NCBI RefSeq assembly: GCF_009834535.1
Contig: NC_045697.1
Coordinates: forward strand, 6,884,001 to 6,948,000
Reading direction: 5' to 3'
Source: Camelus ferus
Taxonomy: Eukaryota
DNA: 64,000 bases
Part shown: one piece after another, positions 24,722-35,737 of the stretch
How positions within the stretch are numbered: position 1 is the first letter of the stretch
How the letters are laid out: each line of letters starts with the position of its first letter
Program-made: the position numbers and the translations under genes
The notes under the pieces: model-generated
What the model was told of the DNA's origin: nothing
Databases searched by the model: none
The model's input: the letters and a program-made list of their open reading frames with translations, nothing else

Positions 24722-24850
24722 GTGTAAGCATGCAAGTTCCCTACAAGCAGGGGTTTTGTCTGTTCTGTTTTCTGCTCCACCTTTATGCTCTACCCGTATG
24801 CCTGGCGTACAGCCGAGGTTCAATAAACATTTATTGGCTGAAAGAGTAAA
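24722..24850 (+). mobile_element. L2 3' end
   Basis: 'gcaggggttttgtctgttctgtt...tgcctggcgtacagccgaggttcaataaacatttattggctgaa'. Confidence 0.8.
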
Positions 24851-24854
24851 ATGC

Positions 24855-25240
24855 AGCCTGGGGACGTGCAAAGAAGGTTGCGCTAGGTTTGAGAAGAGAA
24901 GAGCAGGGAGGGGTTTATCATGTGAGAATAGACAGAGGGAACAGCATTTACAAACAAAAAGGTTCAACCGAGCACACCTGAGCCTGTGTGAGTCTGACAG
25001 TGTGGGAGCACTCCCAGTGTGAGCTGGGAAGTCCCTGAACCCCAGGACCTAGAGGGTTATGCCTCTCTTAGGAGAGAGTATAAACTCTTCTGAGGATAAT
25101 GGCGAGCTACAGTGGGTTGTGAGCAAGTGAGTACTTTGCATATTAAGATCATTTTCTCTGAAGTAGCAAGAAGAAGTCAGCGTGGGAAAACTGGAGTTAG
25201 GAAGATGTTCTAGAAGACTATATGAGAATCTAAGGTTTTG
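24855..25240 (-). mobile_element. L2 fragment
   Basis: 'acagagggaacagcatttacaaaca', 'gataatggcgagctacagtgggttgtgagcaagtgagt'. Confidence 0.55.
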
Positions 25241-26451
25241 ATTTGACCGACCTGCTTTTTGAGGAAGTTTTCACAGGTCTCTAGCAAAATGAGAAGGGTA
25301 AAGACAATACAGAATGCATCTGATTTAATGAAATCCAACGTGTTCAGTTAAAAAGAACACATTTTGAAATTGTGATTTTACATGTTTTTCTGACATTAAA
25401 TGTATCGTTCGTTTTACAAAATGTTGGTTGATAGTAGATGGTGTGCTTTTAAAATATTTTTATTTGGCATAATAAAATGCCAGTCCCGTGTCACTAGTGA
25501 CCTATACAAGGTAACAATCTTTACAATTTGAGGGGAATTTTTACATACGTGTTAAATCACTCAGTTTATTATCCCCTCTGATCTAAGGAAGAGTTGATAC
25601 ATTTCTGAATTCAGGAATTGGCAGCAGGGTTGCAAATCAGAGGATGGGTTTGAGTGGTGTTTAGGACATACAATGAACTGTCAGTGGTTGACTCTGTAAC
25701 AGGGGGCAGCACACTTCCACTTTAGTTATCTGGATTCTTCAAGTGCAGGTATGAGTTTTTATCCTAGTCCAGGTAATGCAAATAATTTCCTCATGTATCC
25801 TTTCTGATTTTCACGTGTAAATATTTCCCACGTTGACACTACATGTTTTTCCCTTGTTGAATATAAATATCTCCATCTCTTGGATGAATAAGCAAAAACG
25901 TGATGTGTGAATCCATGCTTATACGTGAAATCTGGCACCCTATATTCCAGGAACAAGACACATTCCTTTTTTATACAATAGCATGCCTGCCATTTGATAT
26001 ATATTGATTTATGTAAACACTTGGGAAAGCAGAGTTCAGTTTACATTTTTAAATAATTTCTTCACTCCTTAAAGAAAGGATTGTTCAAAGATACACGGCC
26101 CAAGGGCCAATATTCATCTTTCAGATTTCAGTTTTAGTCAGCAGAGAGAAAGGTTGCAGCTGTTAACTCATCGGTTCTTATGAGCTCTTTATTGGGATCT
26201 TGAAGTTTTGTTGGCGCAAACAGGCAAGTCTCTGCTCATGGTGCCCCTTCCCCCCACGCACCCCCACTATCTACTCTACCCATCTGCAATTTCTTTGTTA
26301 AGGCAAAGAAGAAATCATACTCATTGAACTGTCATTATTGTGATTAACTGGAAGACCCATTTTGACATGAATTAATCCTCCATCTGAGAATCTCTCCTCA
26401 CTTGTCAATCATCTTTGGGAGTGGGATACAGATGCCTGGTGTTTTTGTTTT

Positions 26452-26784
26452 TTCTTTTTTTGAAGTATATTTGATTTATAATATATTAGTTCCAGGTGCA
26501 CAACATGGTGATTCAATATTCTTATAGATTATACTCCATTTAAAGGTATATAAAATATTGGCCATATCCCCTGTGCTGTATAATACATCCTTGTAGCTTA
26601 TTTATTTTATACATAGTAGTTTGTACTTATTACTATCACAGCTAAATCCTGCCCCTCCTCCCACCCCTCTCCCCACTGGTGATTACTAGTTTGTTTTCTG
26701 TATCTGTGAGTCTTTCTGTTCTGTTATATTCATGTGTTTGTTTCATTTTTTAGATTCCAACTATAAGGGATAACATATAATATG
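26452..26784 (-). mobile_element. 5'-truncated L1 3' UTR (older laurasiatherian/cetartiodactyl type)
   Basis: 'tgaagtatatttgatttataatatattagttccaggtgcacaacat...tgtgctgtataatacatccttgtagcttattt...ttttttagattcca'. Confidence 0.88.
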
Positions 26785-27684
26785 TTGTTTTGTTTTTCTT
26801 GAGTAGCAGAGTACAGGCAGGTGAAACTTATAACTCATTGTCTTGAAGACTCCTACCCAGAAGTTCCCTGCAAAAAACGTTAAGGCAATTCAGAGGATGT
26901 TAAAACAACAACAACAAAAAACAAACAAACAAAAAAAACAACTTAGAGGGACATTTTTTTCTTCTAAATCAAATGGGTAAAAACAACAACTGAGCAGTTC
27001 TAGTGACCAAAATGATGGAAAAGTACAGCCCAGTTCACGTTTGGGCTAACACTTGTGGGCCAAGGCAGAAAGTAAGGGCCATGGCCAGAGACTATGGACA
27101 CACCCTTGAGGGAGAAGGTAAGTACTGAGAGGGAGACCAAGCAGATAAATGAGATAAAGTCCCAATTAGAAAGCAGACTCCATGAACTGTGGAGTGTAGC
27201 AACAGTCACACTGTGGTTGGCCATCAGCGTGACCTAGGATGAAGTGGAGTGGATCAGAGTCACCTGAGCCTGGAGACCAGGAAGAATCCTGCTTCAAAGA
27301 TCCAGGATTCTGGAAATTCTGTCATCAGCAAAAGGAACAAAAGGTGTGAGAGGGAGGTTAGGGGAGTGATCTGAAGTCATGTGGGCCAGCCACCAGGGAC
27401 TCTAGGGTAAGAGAACTGGAGGTACAAGATCAGTTTCCAAGATGAGTGTCTGGACCCACTCCAACCTCTTCAACTGGGTTCCCCAGCAGAGGTGCTATGA
27501 AATGACTGCTCCTGCCCACTGGTGCCCCAGGGCACCTCTGTGGGGACCTTCACCCCAAGTCACTCCCACTTGGTGTCATTGATTGGATCTTTCATTTCAG
27601 AACCATTGTCACTTTTCTGGCTCTTTTGATGGATTCTTTACAACCATATTCTATCTGCTTTCTCTCCCACCACTACCTTCTGCC

Positions 27685-27837
27685 GCTAGACTCCATGAGT
27701 TCCATGAGTCCAAGGATCACGTCTACATTTTTCATTGTTATATTTCCCCCCAGTGTCTGGTGTGGTACTTAGCAGAGTACTCAGTACATAGTAATAGTTA
27801 AGTAATATTTATTGCCTGGATGAATGAGTGAATGATT
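27685..27837 (+). mobile_element. L2 3' end
   Basis: 'agttccatgagtccaaggatcacgtct...gtaatatttattgcctggatgaatgagtgaatga'. Confidence 0.75.
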
Positions 27838-28529
27838 ATGTATTTTGACATTATTCTTTATGCTAGTTTTGATATCCCTGCTAGGACAGAAAAGGATATC
27901 ACTTGGCACTACAGTAGCCTTCATTCTTTATATCAGAATATTCCACCTGGGACGGCAGTTTAGACACAGGCCCAAGATGACAGTGAGCAAGATAGGAATC
28001 ATATGAATAGATCAGAGATCCAAGGAACAAAACAAAAATCCCACATCCTAAAAGGAGGCCCAGGACAATAGCTGGACCAGAAACAGGCCAACTGGATTCT
28101 ACCTTTGGGCCGGAATATCCTAAATCTCTCCATGTTTGAGTAAGGTCTGAGGATCATAGTGAGACCGGTGTCTTTGATGGATACTAACGGACTCCAGCTC
28201 TGGGAAAAGAAGCAAGTAAGGTAGACGATATTTACCACTGAATTGGGCTACAGTTTGGCTAGCCATACTCTGGCAATGGGAGAAGAGTATGAATGAAAGA
28301 ACACGACTCCTATATTCTCCATTATACAACCACCCATCCTCTCCCCTCACAGCTCCATACATCTAGGGACTGTCAACATAATGATAAAACTAGGCTTAAA
28401 ACTCCAGTGCTGCTACATTGAATGAGTCAAGTCCAGAAGGATTTACTGGACACTTCCCAAGTTCAAGTGCATAATTCTGGCCTCAATAATGGTTAGAGAT
28501 ATTCTTTCCCATATTGACCCAATGGGTTA

Positions 28530-29136
28530 CCAATCCAGGGAACTCTTGAAAATGCAAATCTGACTACATCAACCCCTCTTTGTATTCTTGGAGTGACTTA
28601 CCATCAGCTTCACCATGAAATACTAACACCTGACAAGAGCAGAACTTGGACATTGTTTCCCTCTAGGATCTCATATCCTAGAACACCTCTCTTTCATGGT
28701 GCACTAGCCTACTGTCCTCTAAGGGCATTGCATCTGCTGTGGCTTTAGCCTAGGATCATCTTGCATCAAATCATAGCATGAATGGTCCAGAGTCATACTT
28801 CAGGCCTCGACTCCAATGTCACCTCTGCAGAGAGGCCTTCTCTATTCTATCAATAGCATCCCTCACTCATTGTTATGCCCCACCTAAGCACCTAGTTTCC
28901 ATTGTCTCCAAGTCAGCTATCACTAGATAAAATTATTGCATAGTGGCACTTATTTACTTTATAATTTGCTATCACTCAAAAATGTAAGCACCAAGGAAGT
29001 GGGAATCTTGAGAGCTTCTTCCTTTCTCTGTCTCCATCACTTAAAAGAGGGCTTGGCAAAAAGTAAACAATCAATAAATGCGTATTGAATAGATAAATAA
29101 ACAAATGAGTGAATGAATGAATGAATGAACAAATGA
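28530..29136 (+). mobile_element. L2 (L2a-like) 3' 600 bp with (GAAT)n tail
   Basis: 'aaaatgcaaatctgactacatc', 'aatgtcacctctgcagagaggccttc', 'tcaataaatgcgtattgaata...gaatgaatgaatgaatgaa'. Confidence 0.85.
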
Positions 29137-29667
29137 CTCAAGTTGGAATGACAGTAGCCACATACTGGAGGCAAGTCCTTGGAGACAAAAATTAAAAGAA
29201 AGTGGAAGACTCTGCACTGTTCAAACCCAGATCTCCAAATTCAAAACCTGTGCTCCTTCTTTGCCACCATTCAACCCAGACCCTGCTGTTCTCCAGGCAA
29301 ACAGAATCCAGATACCACAGACAGGGGACCACACTATCTGTAGTCTTCTTCCGTAACTCCAGTCTGCTGAAATCACGCTTGTTCGTGAGAAGCACACATA
29401 CCCAGTACTTCTAGCTGCGAATGCATTTTTCTCTCCTTGATATCCTTTACAACTCTCTTATTTATCACCTCCTCCATGAAGTCTTCCAGGACTCCTAATC
29501 ATTCCATCTCTTTTTCTGGGTTGCATCAATATACTGTATTTACCTATCTCTGCCCTCAAAAAATTCTGTATTTTAAATATTTATAAGCCTGTTAGTCTCC
29601 TGTTTTTATATGGTGAGTTCCTTGCTGTCAGGAACTGTGTATAATTCACCTAGAGACACTGTGTGCA

Positions 29668-29880
29668 CAATGATTGGTTAAACACATTGTCTCTAGAAAT
29701 CTAGGTTTGAATCTTGACTAGCTAGGTGACTTTGGGCAGGATACTTAACTCTTTGAAATTTAATTTCCTCATTTATAAATTGGGGATGGGAACAGTATCA
29801 ATATCACAGTTCTGTGTTTTATATAAATTATTTAACACAGGATCTGGCATGTAGTAACACTATATCAGTGCCAGGTATCT
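29668..29880 (+). mobile_element. MIR SINE inside an L2 fragment (~29460-29950)
   Basis: 'actagctaggtgactttgggcaggatacttaactc...tttcctcatttataaattggggat'. Confidence 0.8.
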
Positions 29881-29995
29881 TTACCTTTTTATTCCTAATG
29901 ACTTGCATAATGTTTGGCACTGAAGTGCTCACTACATAGCTGAACATAATTTGGGAAGCAGGAGAAAAATAAAACATAAAGCAGTCATAAAAGGC

Positions 29996-30418
29996 CACAT
30001 TAGTTTCTTAGGGCTGCCACTACCAAGTGTCACACACAGTGTGGCTTTCAACAACAAACAAGTATTGCCTCGCAGTTATAGAGAATAGACGTTCAAAATC
30101 AAGTATCAGCAGGGCTGTGCTCTGAGACCCTATCCTTCCTTGTCTCCTCCCAGCTTCTGGAGTTTCCCAGAAATCCTTGCTATCCCTTAGCTTATGGCTG
30201 CATCGCTCCAGTCTCTGCCTTCATCCTCACAAGGCCTTCTTCCCAGCATCTGTGTCAGTGACTATCTCCAAATTTCCGTCTTCTCGTAAGGAGAGCAGTC
30301 ATTCCGGATGAGGGCCCACTCTATTCCAGGGGTGTAACCTCGTCTTAACTACATCTGCAGTGAAGTACCGGGGGTTGGGCCTTCAGCATAATTTTTAGGG
30401 GGATGGTTCAAACCTTAG
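29996..30418 (-). mobile_element. MaLR solo LTR (MLT1B/C-like)
   Basis: 'attagtttcttagggctgcc', 'ttcaaaatcaagtatcagcagggc', 'gctccagtctctgccttcatcctcaca', 'gatgagggcccactcta', 'actacatctgca'. Confidence 0.88.
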
Positions 30419-31179
30419 GAAACGCTCTCGCTTGGATAGCACTTTGTGAGGTACATATTCCTACTCAACAATCTGTTGTTTTGTGTAATTCTCCCAACTA
30501 ACCTTTGAGCTAGGCAATCTCCCGAGTTTACAAAGAAGAACACACAGAAATAAAGAGCCCTCTTGGGGATCGAAGCTACTAAACAACATAGAAGGTGCAA
30601 ACTCATGCTTCCTCAGCTTGCCTTCTAGAGATCCCATTCTCCCACCATGCCTCTTAACCAGGTCAGAAATATATGCAGAAAAAAACATATATAGAAAGAG
30701 AGCTTGAATTCTGTGTCAGGTACCACACTGCCTGCTGTGGGGCCTTCAAGGAATGAGGTACATTCTTCAGTGCTGGCTTTTGTGAATGATGACAGTTCTG
30801 TTGAGTCAGACACGATTCCGGGGTTAGAGAGAAGCCAGCCACTGCATGTGGGTGTGGGAACTTTATACAGTGTCAAGAGAGAGCACCCAAGAGCCTGGGG
30901 CTGAGGTCCCCTCCCTTGCCTTCCCTTCTGTTTATCCTTCTCCCCCTCCCTTTCCTTTCCTTCTCTCTCACTCACCTCACTCTTGCTTTCCCTCTGCCCG
31001 TCCCTCTCACACCTTCTCCTTGCATTTTCCCTTCTACATTTGGAAACTATCACTCTATATTCAATGTCTAATTATTTTCAATACATATGCCGTGAGAAAC
31101 TACCATCTTGATAGTTTTCCAGGAAGTTCCATCCATTCTTCCCAAATTTAATTGGAGCTACACTCATAACCAGCGATGT

Positions 31180-31300
31180 TCTTATTTTATAGATAAAGAG
31201 ACATACTCAAAGAATTACTTGAGTTGCCTAAGTCAATGCAGATAGGTCAAAGATTTGCAACATTCCTAGCAAACCAAGTTCTCCGTCCCTCTCACTCCAC
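31180..31300 (-). mobile_element. MIR fragment
   Basis: 'ttattttatagataaagagacatactcaaagaa...gttgcctaagtca'. Confidence 0.55.
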
Positions 31301-31322
31301 TGTAGCTGGTAAGAAAAGACTG

Positions 31323-32337
31323 TGAGTGATTTGACACCAAAGGTAAAGGAAACAAAAGCAAAAATAAACAAGTGGTACTACACCAAACTTAAAAGCATCT
31401 GTACAACACAGAAAACTATCTACAAAATAAAAAGGCGACCTTTGGAATAGGAAAACATATATACAAACTACATATCTGATAAGGAGTTAATATCCAAATT
31501 GTAGGAAGAACTCATATAACTCAATAGCAAAAAATAAATAAATAAATAAATAAAAAGAAAAAGAAACAATCTGGTTCAAAAATGGTGAGAGGGCCTGAAT
31601 AGACATTTTTACAAAGAAGACATGCAGATAGTCAGCAGGTACATGAGAAGATGCTATCGCTAATTATTTAGGAAATGCAAATCAACACCACAGTGAGATA
31701 TCATCTCACACCTTCTAGGATGATTGTCATAAAAAGACAAGAGATTACAAAGTTGGAGAGAATGTGGAGAAAAGGAAACCTTTGTGCATCGTTGGTGGGA
31801 ATGTAAATTGGGGCAGCCACAATAAAAAACAGTGTAGAGATTCTGCAAAAAATTAAAAATTGAACTACTATATGATTCATTGATATCACTTCTGGGTATA
31901 TATCCAAAGGAAATGAAAACAAGATATTAAAGAGGTATCTGCACCCCTGTGTTCACTGGAGCATAATTCACAACAGCCGAGACATGGAAACAATCTAAGT
32001 GCTCATCATAGATGAATGGGTAAAGAAAATACTATATATACATGAAATCCTGTCATTTGTAACAACATAGATGGACTTTGAGTGAAATAAGTCAGACAGA
32101 AAGACAAATACTGTATGGTATCACTTATATGTGGAGCCAAAAAAATCAATCAAACTGACAGAAATAGAAAGTAAAAAAGTGGTTGCCTGGGGCTGGGGCA
32201 TGGGGGAAATAGGGAAATGTTGATAAAAAGGTTCTAACGGTCAGCTATAAGGTGAAAAACTTCTAAAGATTTAATGAAAAACATGCTGATTATAGTTGAT
32301 AGCACTGCATTTAAAATAAAAAACAAAAACAAAAAAC
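31323..32337 (+). mobile_element. 5'-truncated L1 (L1MA9-like): ORF2 3' part and 3' UTR
   Basis: 'aaagcaaaaataaacaagtgg...', 'gagatatcatctcacacc', 'ctatgtatggtatcac'-like 'actgtatggtatcacttatatgtgga', 'cagctataaggtgaa', then an A-rich tail. Confidence 0.92.
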
Positions 32338-33459
32338 AGACTGACACCATGAGTCACAAAGCTACACAATACACATTTTAGCATCTTTCCTGAGATTATT
32401 TCCTTTCAAGAAATGCAAGAACTTTAGAGAAATATGGGGTTATCTCAATATCTTCTCCCTCTAACCCCTAACTCATGAGGATAAATTCTTAGTAGTTAAA
32501 TGTGGATGTGGATTCACCTAGAGCAAATGGCAGCACATGGAAGTTGGTCTTAAAGGAATTGATTCAACAGACCTTCCTGACTCCTCAGTTGGGATGAAAA
32601 TCTCTCTTGCTTACTCAACAGGAACACTGGTCTCACAGCCTACCAGGGAAAGCCAAATGCTGCATTGCTTTCTCCAGGAGTGAAAAAGTAGCTGGCCAAC
32701 CGTCTCTAGTCTTTAGCGATTTTGTTTCACAGGGAACAAAGCTGCTTAAAACTGTGGAAACTGACTGGAAACAGTGTAAGGAAGAATGAATATTTTTTGT
32801 AAAATAAAAAGACATATCTTTTGCTGTTAACATGAGTACACTAAAAGCATTTCTTTTTTTTCCCTACTGTGTTGGAAATTTATTGAATACAATCTATTGT
32901 AGTGGACAGAGAATCAGCCTTACCTCATTTCTTGAGAATGATCCCATTATCTTTCCTATTTTATAGTGTTTCAATGGTTCTTCAATATTTAAAATGATGT
33001 ATAATCGGCTGTGAAGTCAACTATAGACTCTCAAGATATAACAAACAAAAAAAAATGCTGGGAATATTCATCATTTTAAGTATCTATATGATACAATTTA
33101 TTTCAGGGTGTACCATTGCTTTTCAGCTTTTCATTTTTGCTATCAGAATGTAGGTTAGCCTTAAGCATAATTCTGGCTAGATGTGTTAGTTTATCATGAA
33201 GAATTATTATTTTATTTTTAGTGTGATTTAGCATCAGGATAATCTTATTGAACCTATTCTTTTAAGCCAATTGTATTTTATTTGGGGGATTTTATTTTGT
33301 CCCTTTATTTTGCTAAGGAATATACTTTTTTTAGGCACAGGGCTCTATAAAATGTAGAAAGTGTAATATAATCACAACAAATTCTTTGAATATACACAAC
33401 CAAGAGATATGGAAAAGAACAGACAAGACCATTGGATTGGTTGTGTTTCTAAAATTTTA

Positions 33460-33620
33460 GATCTGGAAGCAACTTGAGACTTACTCAGTTTGAAGCTATC
33501 GTTTTGCCAATGAGGTAACAAACAGGCTCAGATTAAGTAAGATTCTTTGGGTCACATGGCTTGTCAGTGGCCATGTGGGTCATTCAAGACCTGGACCCAT
33601 CCAGATAACCTCGATGGTCC
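33460..33620 (-). mobile_element. MIR (MIRc-like) fragment
   Basis: 'ttttgccaatgaggtaacaaacaggctcagattaagtaa...gggtcacatggcttgtcagtggc'. Confidence 0.6.
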
Positions 33621-34414
33621 AAATATGCTCTTCTGATAAATAATACACCCCTAGAGCCGTGGGCTTTCTGCCTCTGCTCATAAGCTCTTCAGTCAGTTCA
33701 TTCATTGAATCCAACCCTGACTGTTGGAGTTCTTCCTTAAGATGATCCAATTCTCATATCATGTAAACCACCCACTGGTCCAAGTTATGGCCTCTGGAGA
33801 AACCCAGAGAAAGTTTCATCCACCTACCCCATTGACACTGTTCTCATATTTAAGAGAGATTCCCTGTCCCACGTGTTCAGAAGAACTACTTATTTACCAC
33901 TCCTGTGATGATCCTCAGCAGGAATTGACTCAAAGTCATCAAAAGTGGGTAACAATAATACCCAGTCACTTTAGTCTTGCCTTCTCTTTTGGACCTGCCA
34001 GGTTCAGAATAGATATGTTCTAATCTTTTCTCATCCAGAAAAGTTAAATTAAACTAAATTAAATTAAAAATTTCATATTCCTGTAGGTCAAAGACTGAGT
34101 TTCCACAGGCTGCCTATTACTGGGGAGGGGGTGGGAAGGGCAGAGGGGAGTAATTGTGGAATTCAGTGCTGTGACGCTAAGGGTTCTAAAACACCTTTTC
34201 CATGTCCTCCAACCAATTTTGGTTTATTTGAGCCACCACGGCTCCAGAGAGTTCTCTGCCTGATTCATATGAACATCTCATAGCATTTCCAGTAATTTAA
34301 CAAATCCATCAGTTAGACATGGAATGGTCAGAGTTTCAAGACCAAAAAAGCATGGAATATACAAGCATGAGGCTCTGGACAGTCACCGCTTACAGCATCT
34401 CAATAAAGGATGGG

Positions 34415-34590
34415 GCTAAAAACTACCATTTGTGGAACCCTTCATAAATGATCTCTTGGTCTTCACAGCAACCTACATTTGGAGAATAAATAGGCTGAAA
34501 GTGCTTAAATAACTCACAGGAGATAAAATACAGCAGAATCGTGATTCTTGGGAGTTTCTGATGCCAGATCTTATGTTTTTATGACTACAG
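34415..34590 (-). mobile_element. MIR fragment
   Basis: 'tcttcacagcaaccta...aggctgaaagtgcttaaataact'. Confidence 0.55.
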
Positions 34591-34759
34591 GAAGGAAATA
34601 GCAAATAAATTGAGCCCTAACTGGGGGAAGAGAATATGGTCAATGGCAGGTGGACTTCCAAGAGGAGCTCATGAAGAAGCAAAGGGCAGCAGAAGAGGTT
34701 ACTAGGCTAGCATCTAAGGCAGATACTAAGATGATTTTCCTCAGCCTCAGCTCAGGTTT

Positions 34760-34985
34760 TCAGCAGAGCATCATGGACAGGGATGTGGATTCCAAGATCG
34801 AGTTTCTCTGGATCCCTAGCTTGGGTCCATTTTCTTTTGGATGAAGAATCTTGAATAAGTCTTTTCACTTTTCTGTGCCTTGGGGTCCTCACCTGTGAAA
34901 TGAGGGCATAAAATTGTCATGTTTGATGAAATAATCTAAGTAAAGTAAGTAGCTAGTACAACGTAGGTTGGAGACAAATGTTAGT
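34760..34985 (+). mobile_element. MIR SINE followed by (TTTG)n
   Basis: 'cttgaataagtcttttcacttttctgtgccttggggtcctcacctgtgaaatgaggg'. Confidence 0.7.
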
Positions 34986-35129
34986 GTTTCGTTTGTTTGT
35001 TTGTTTGTTTGTTTTTTACTTACTAGTACTTTACTCTCCAAGGCATAAAATAAACTACTTTTTCTTCCCTTTATTTCTCATTCTGTCTCAGAAACTCAAC
35101 CTTCTTTTCTCCCTTCATTTCTTCCTCTA

Positions 35130-35600
35130 ATTGCTAAGTACCTGTTATGTTCCATGTGTGCATAGACACTGGAGACGCAGATATTGATATATAAAAGAGA
35201 GCCACGGCTTAAGATACGCACAGTCCAGGTGGGTGGGAGGGAGGGAGATCAGAAAAAAAAAATGACTACAGTTTGTAGTAAGTTTCAAATAGAGGTTTTA
35301 GTGGTAAGAAAGTGTTCAATTTAGTTTAGAAACATCAGGGCAGCTTTCAAAGGGAAAAAAATCTCTAAAACTCTTGAGTTGGTTTTGAAAGAATGAATAG
35401 TAGTTTTCCATATAGACAAAGGAGCTTACAACAAAGATAGAGTTTGTTCAAAGTCATGAAGTCTTAGTGCAACACAGCAGGTTTCAGCAGATCTGAGACA
35501 GTAGATAAAGTTGGGCACAGAGTAAGAGTTGTGTGTTGCTGCGAGAGATGAAGTAAGACTCCAGGTTGTGCTAAGCCTAGCACGTGTTATAAGGTGATGA
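35130..35600 (-). mobile_element. L2 fragment
   Basis: 'agtacctgttatgttccatgtgtgcatagacactggagacgcag', 'ttgagttggttttgaaagaatgaatagtagttttccatatagacaa'. Confidence 0.7.
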
Positions 35601-35691
35601 TAGACATTAAGACTCCTCCACCTCACTTCTGTGGGTCTGCATAGGCTCATGAGCATACATGCCTAGGAATAGGGTTATTTTAGTAGGAAAT

Positions 35692-35737
35692 ACACACACA
35701 CACACACACACGCACACACATGCACGCACAAGCGCAC
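35692..35737. repeat. (CA)n microsatellite
   Basis: Directly visible. Confidence 0.9.
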
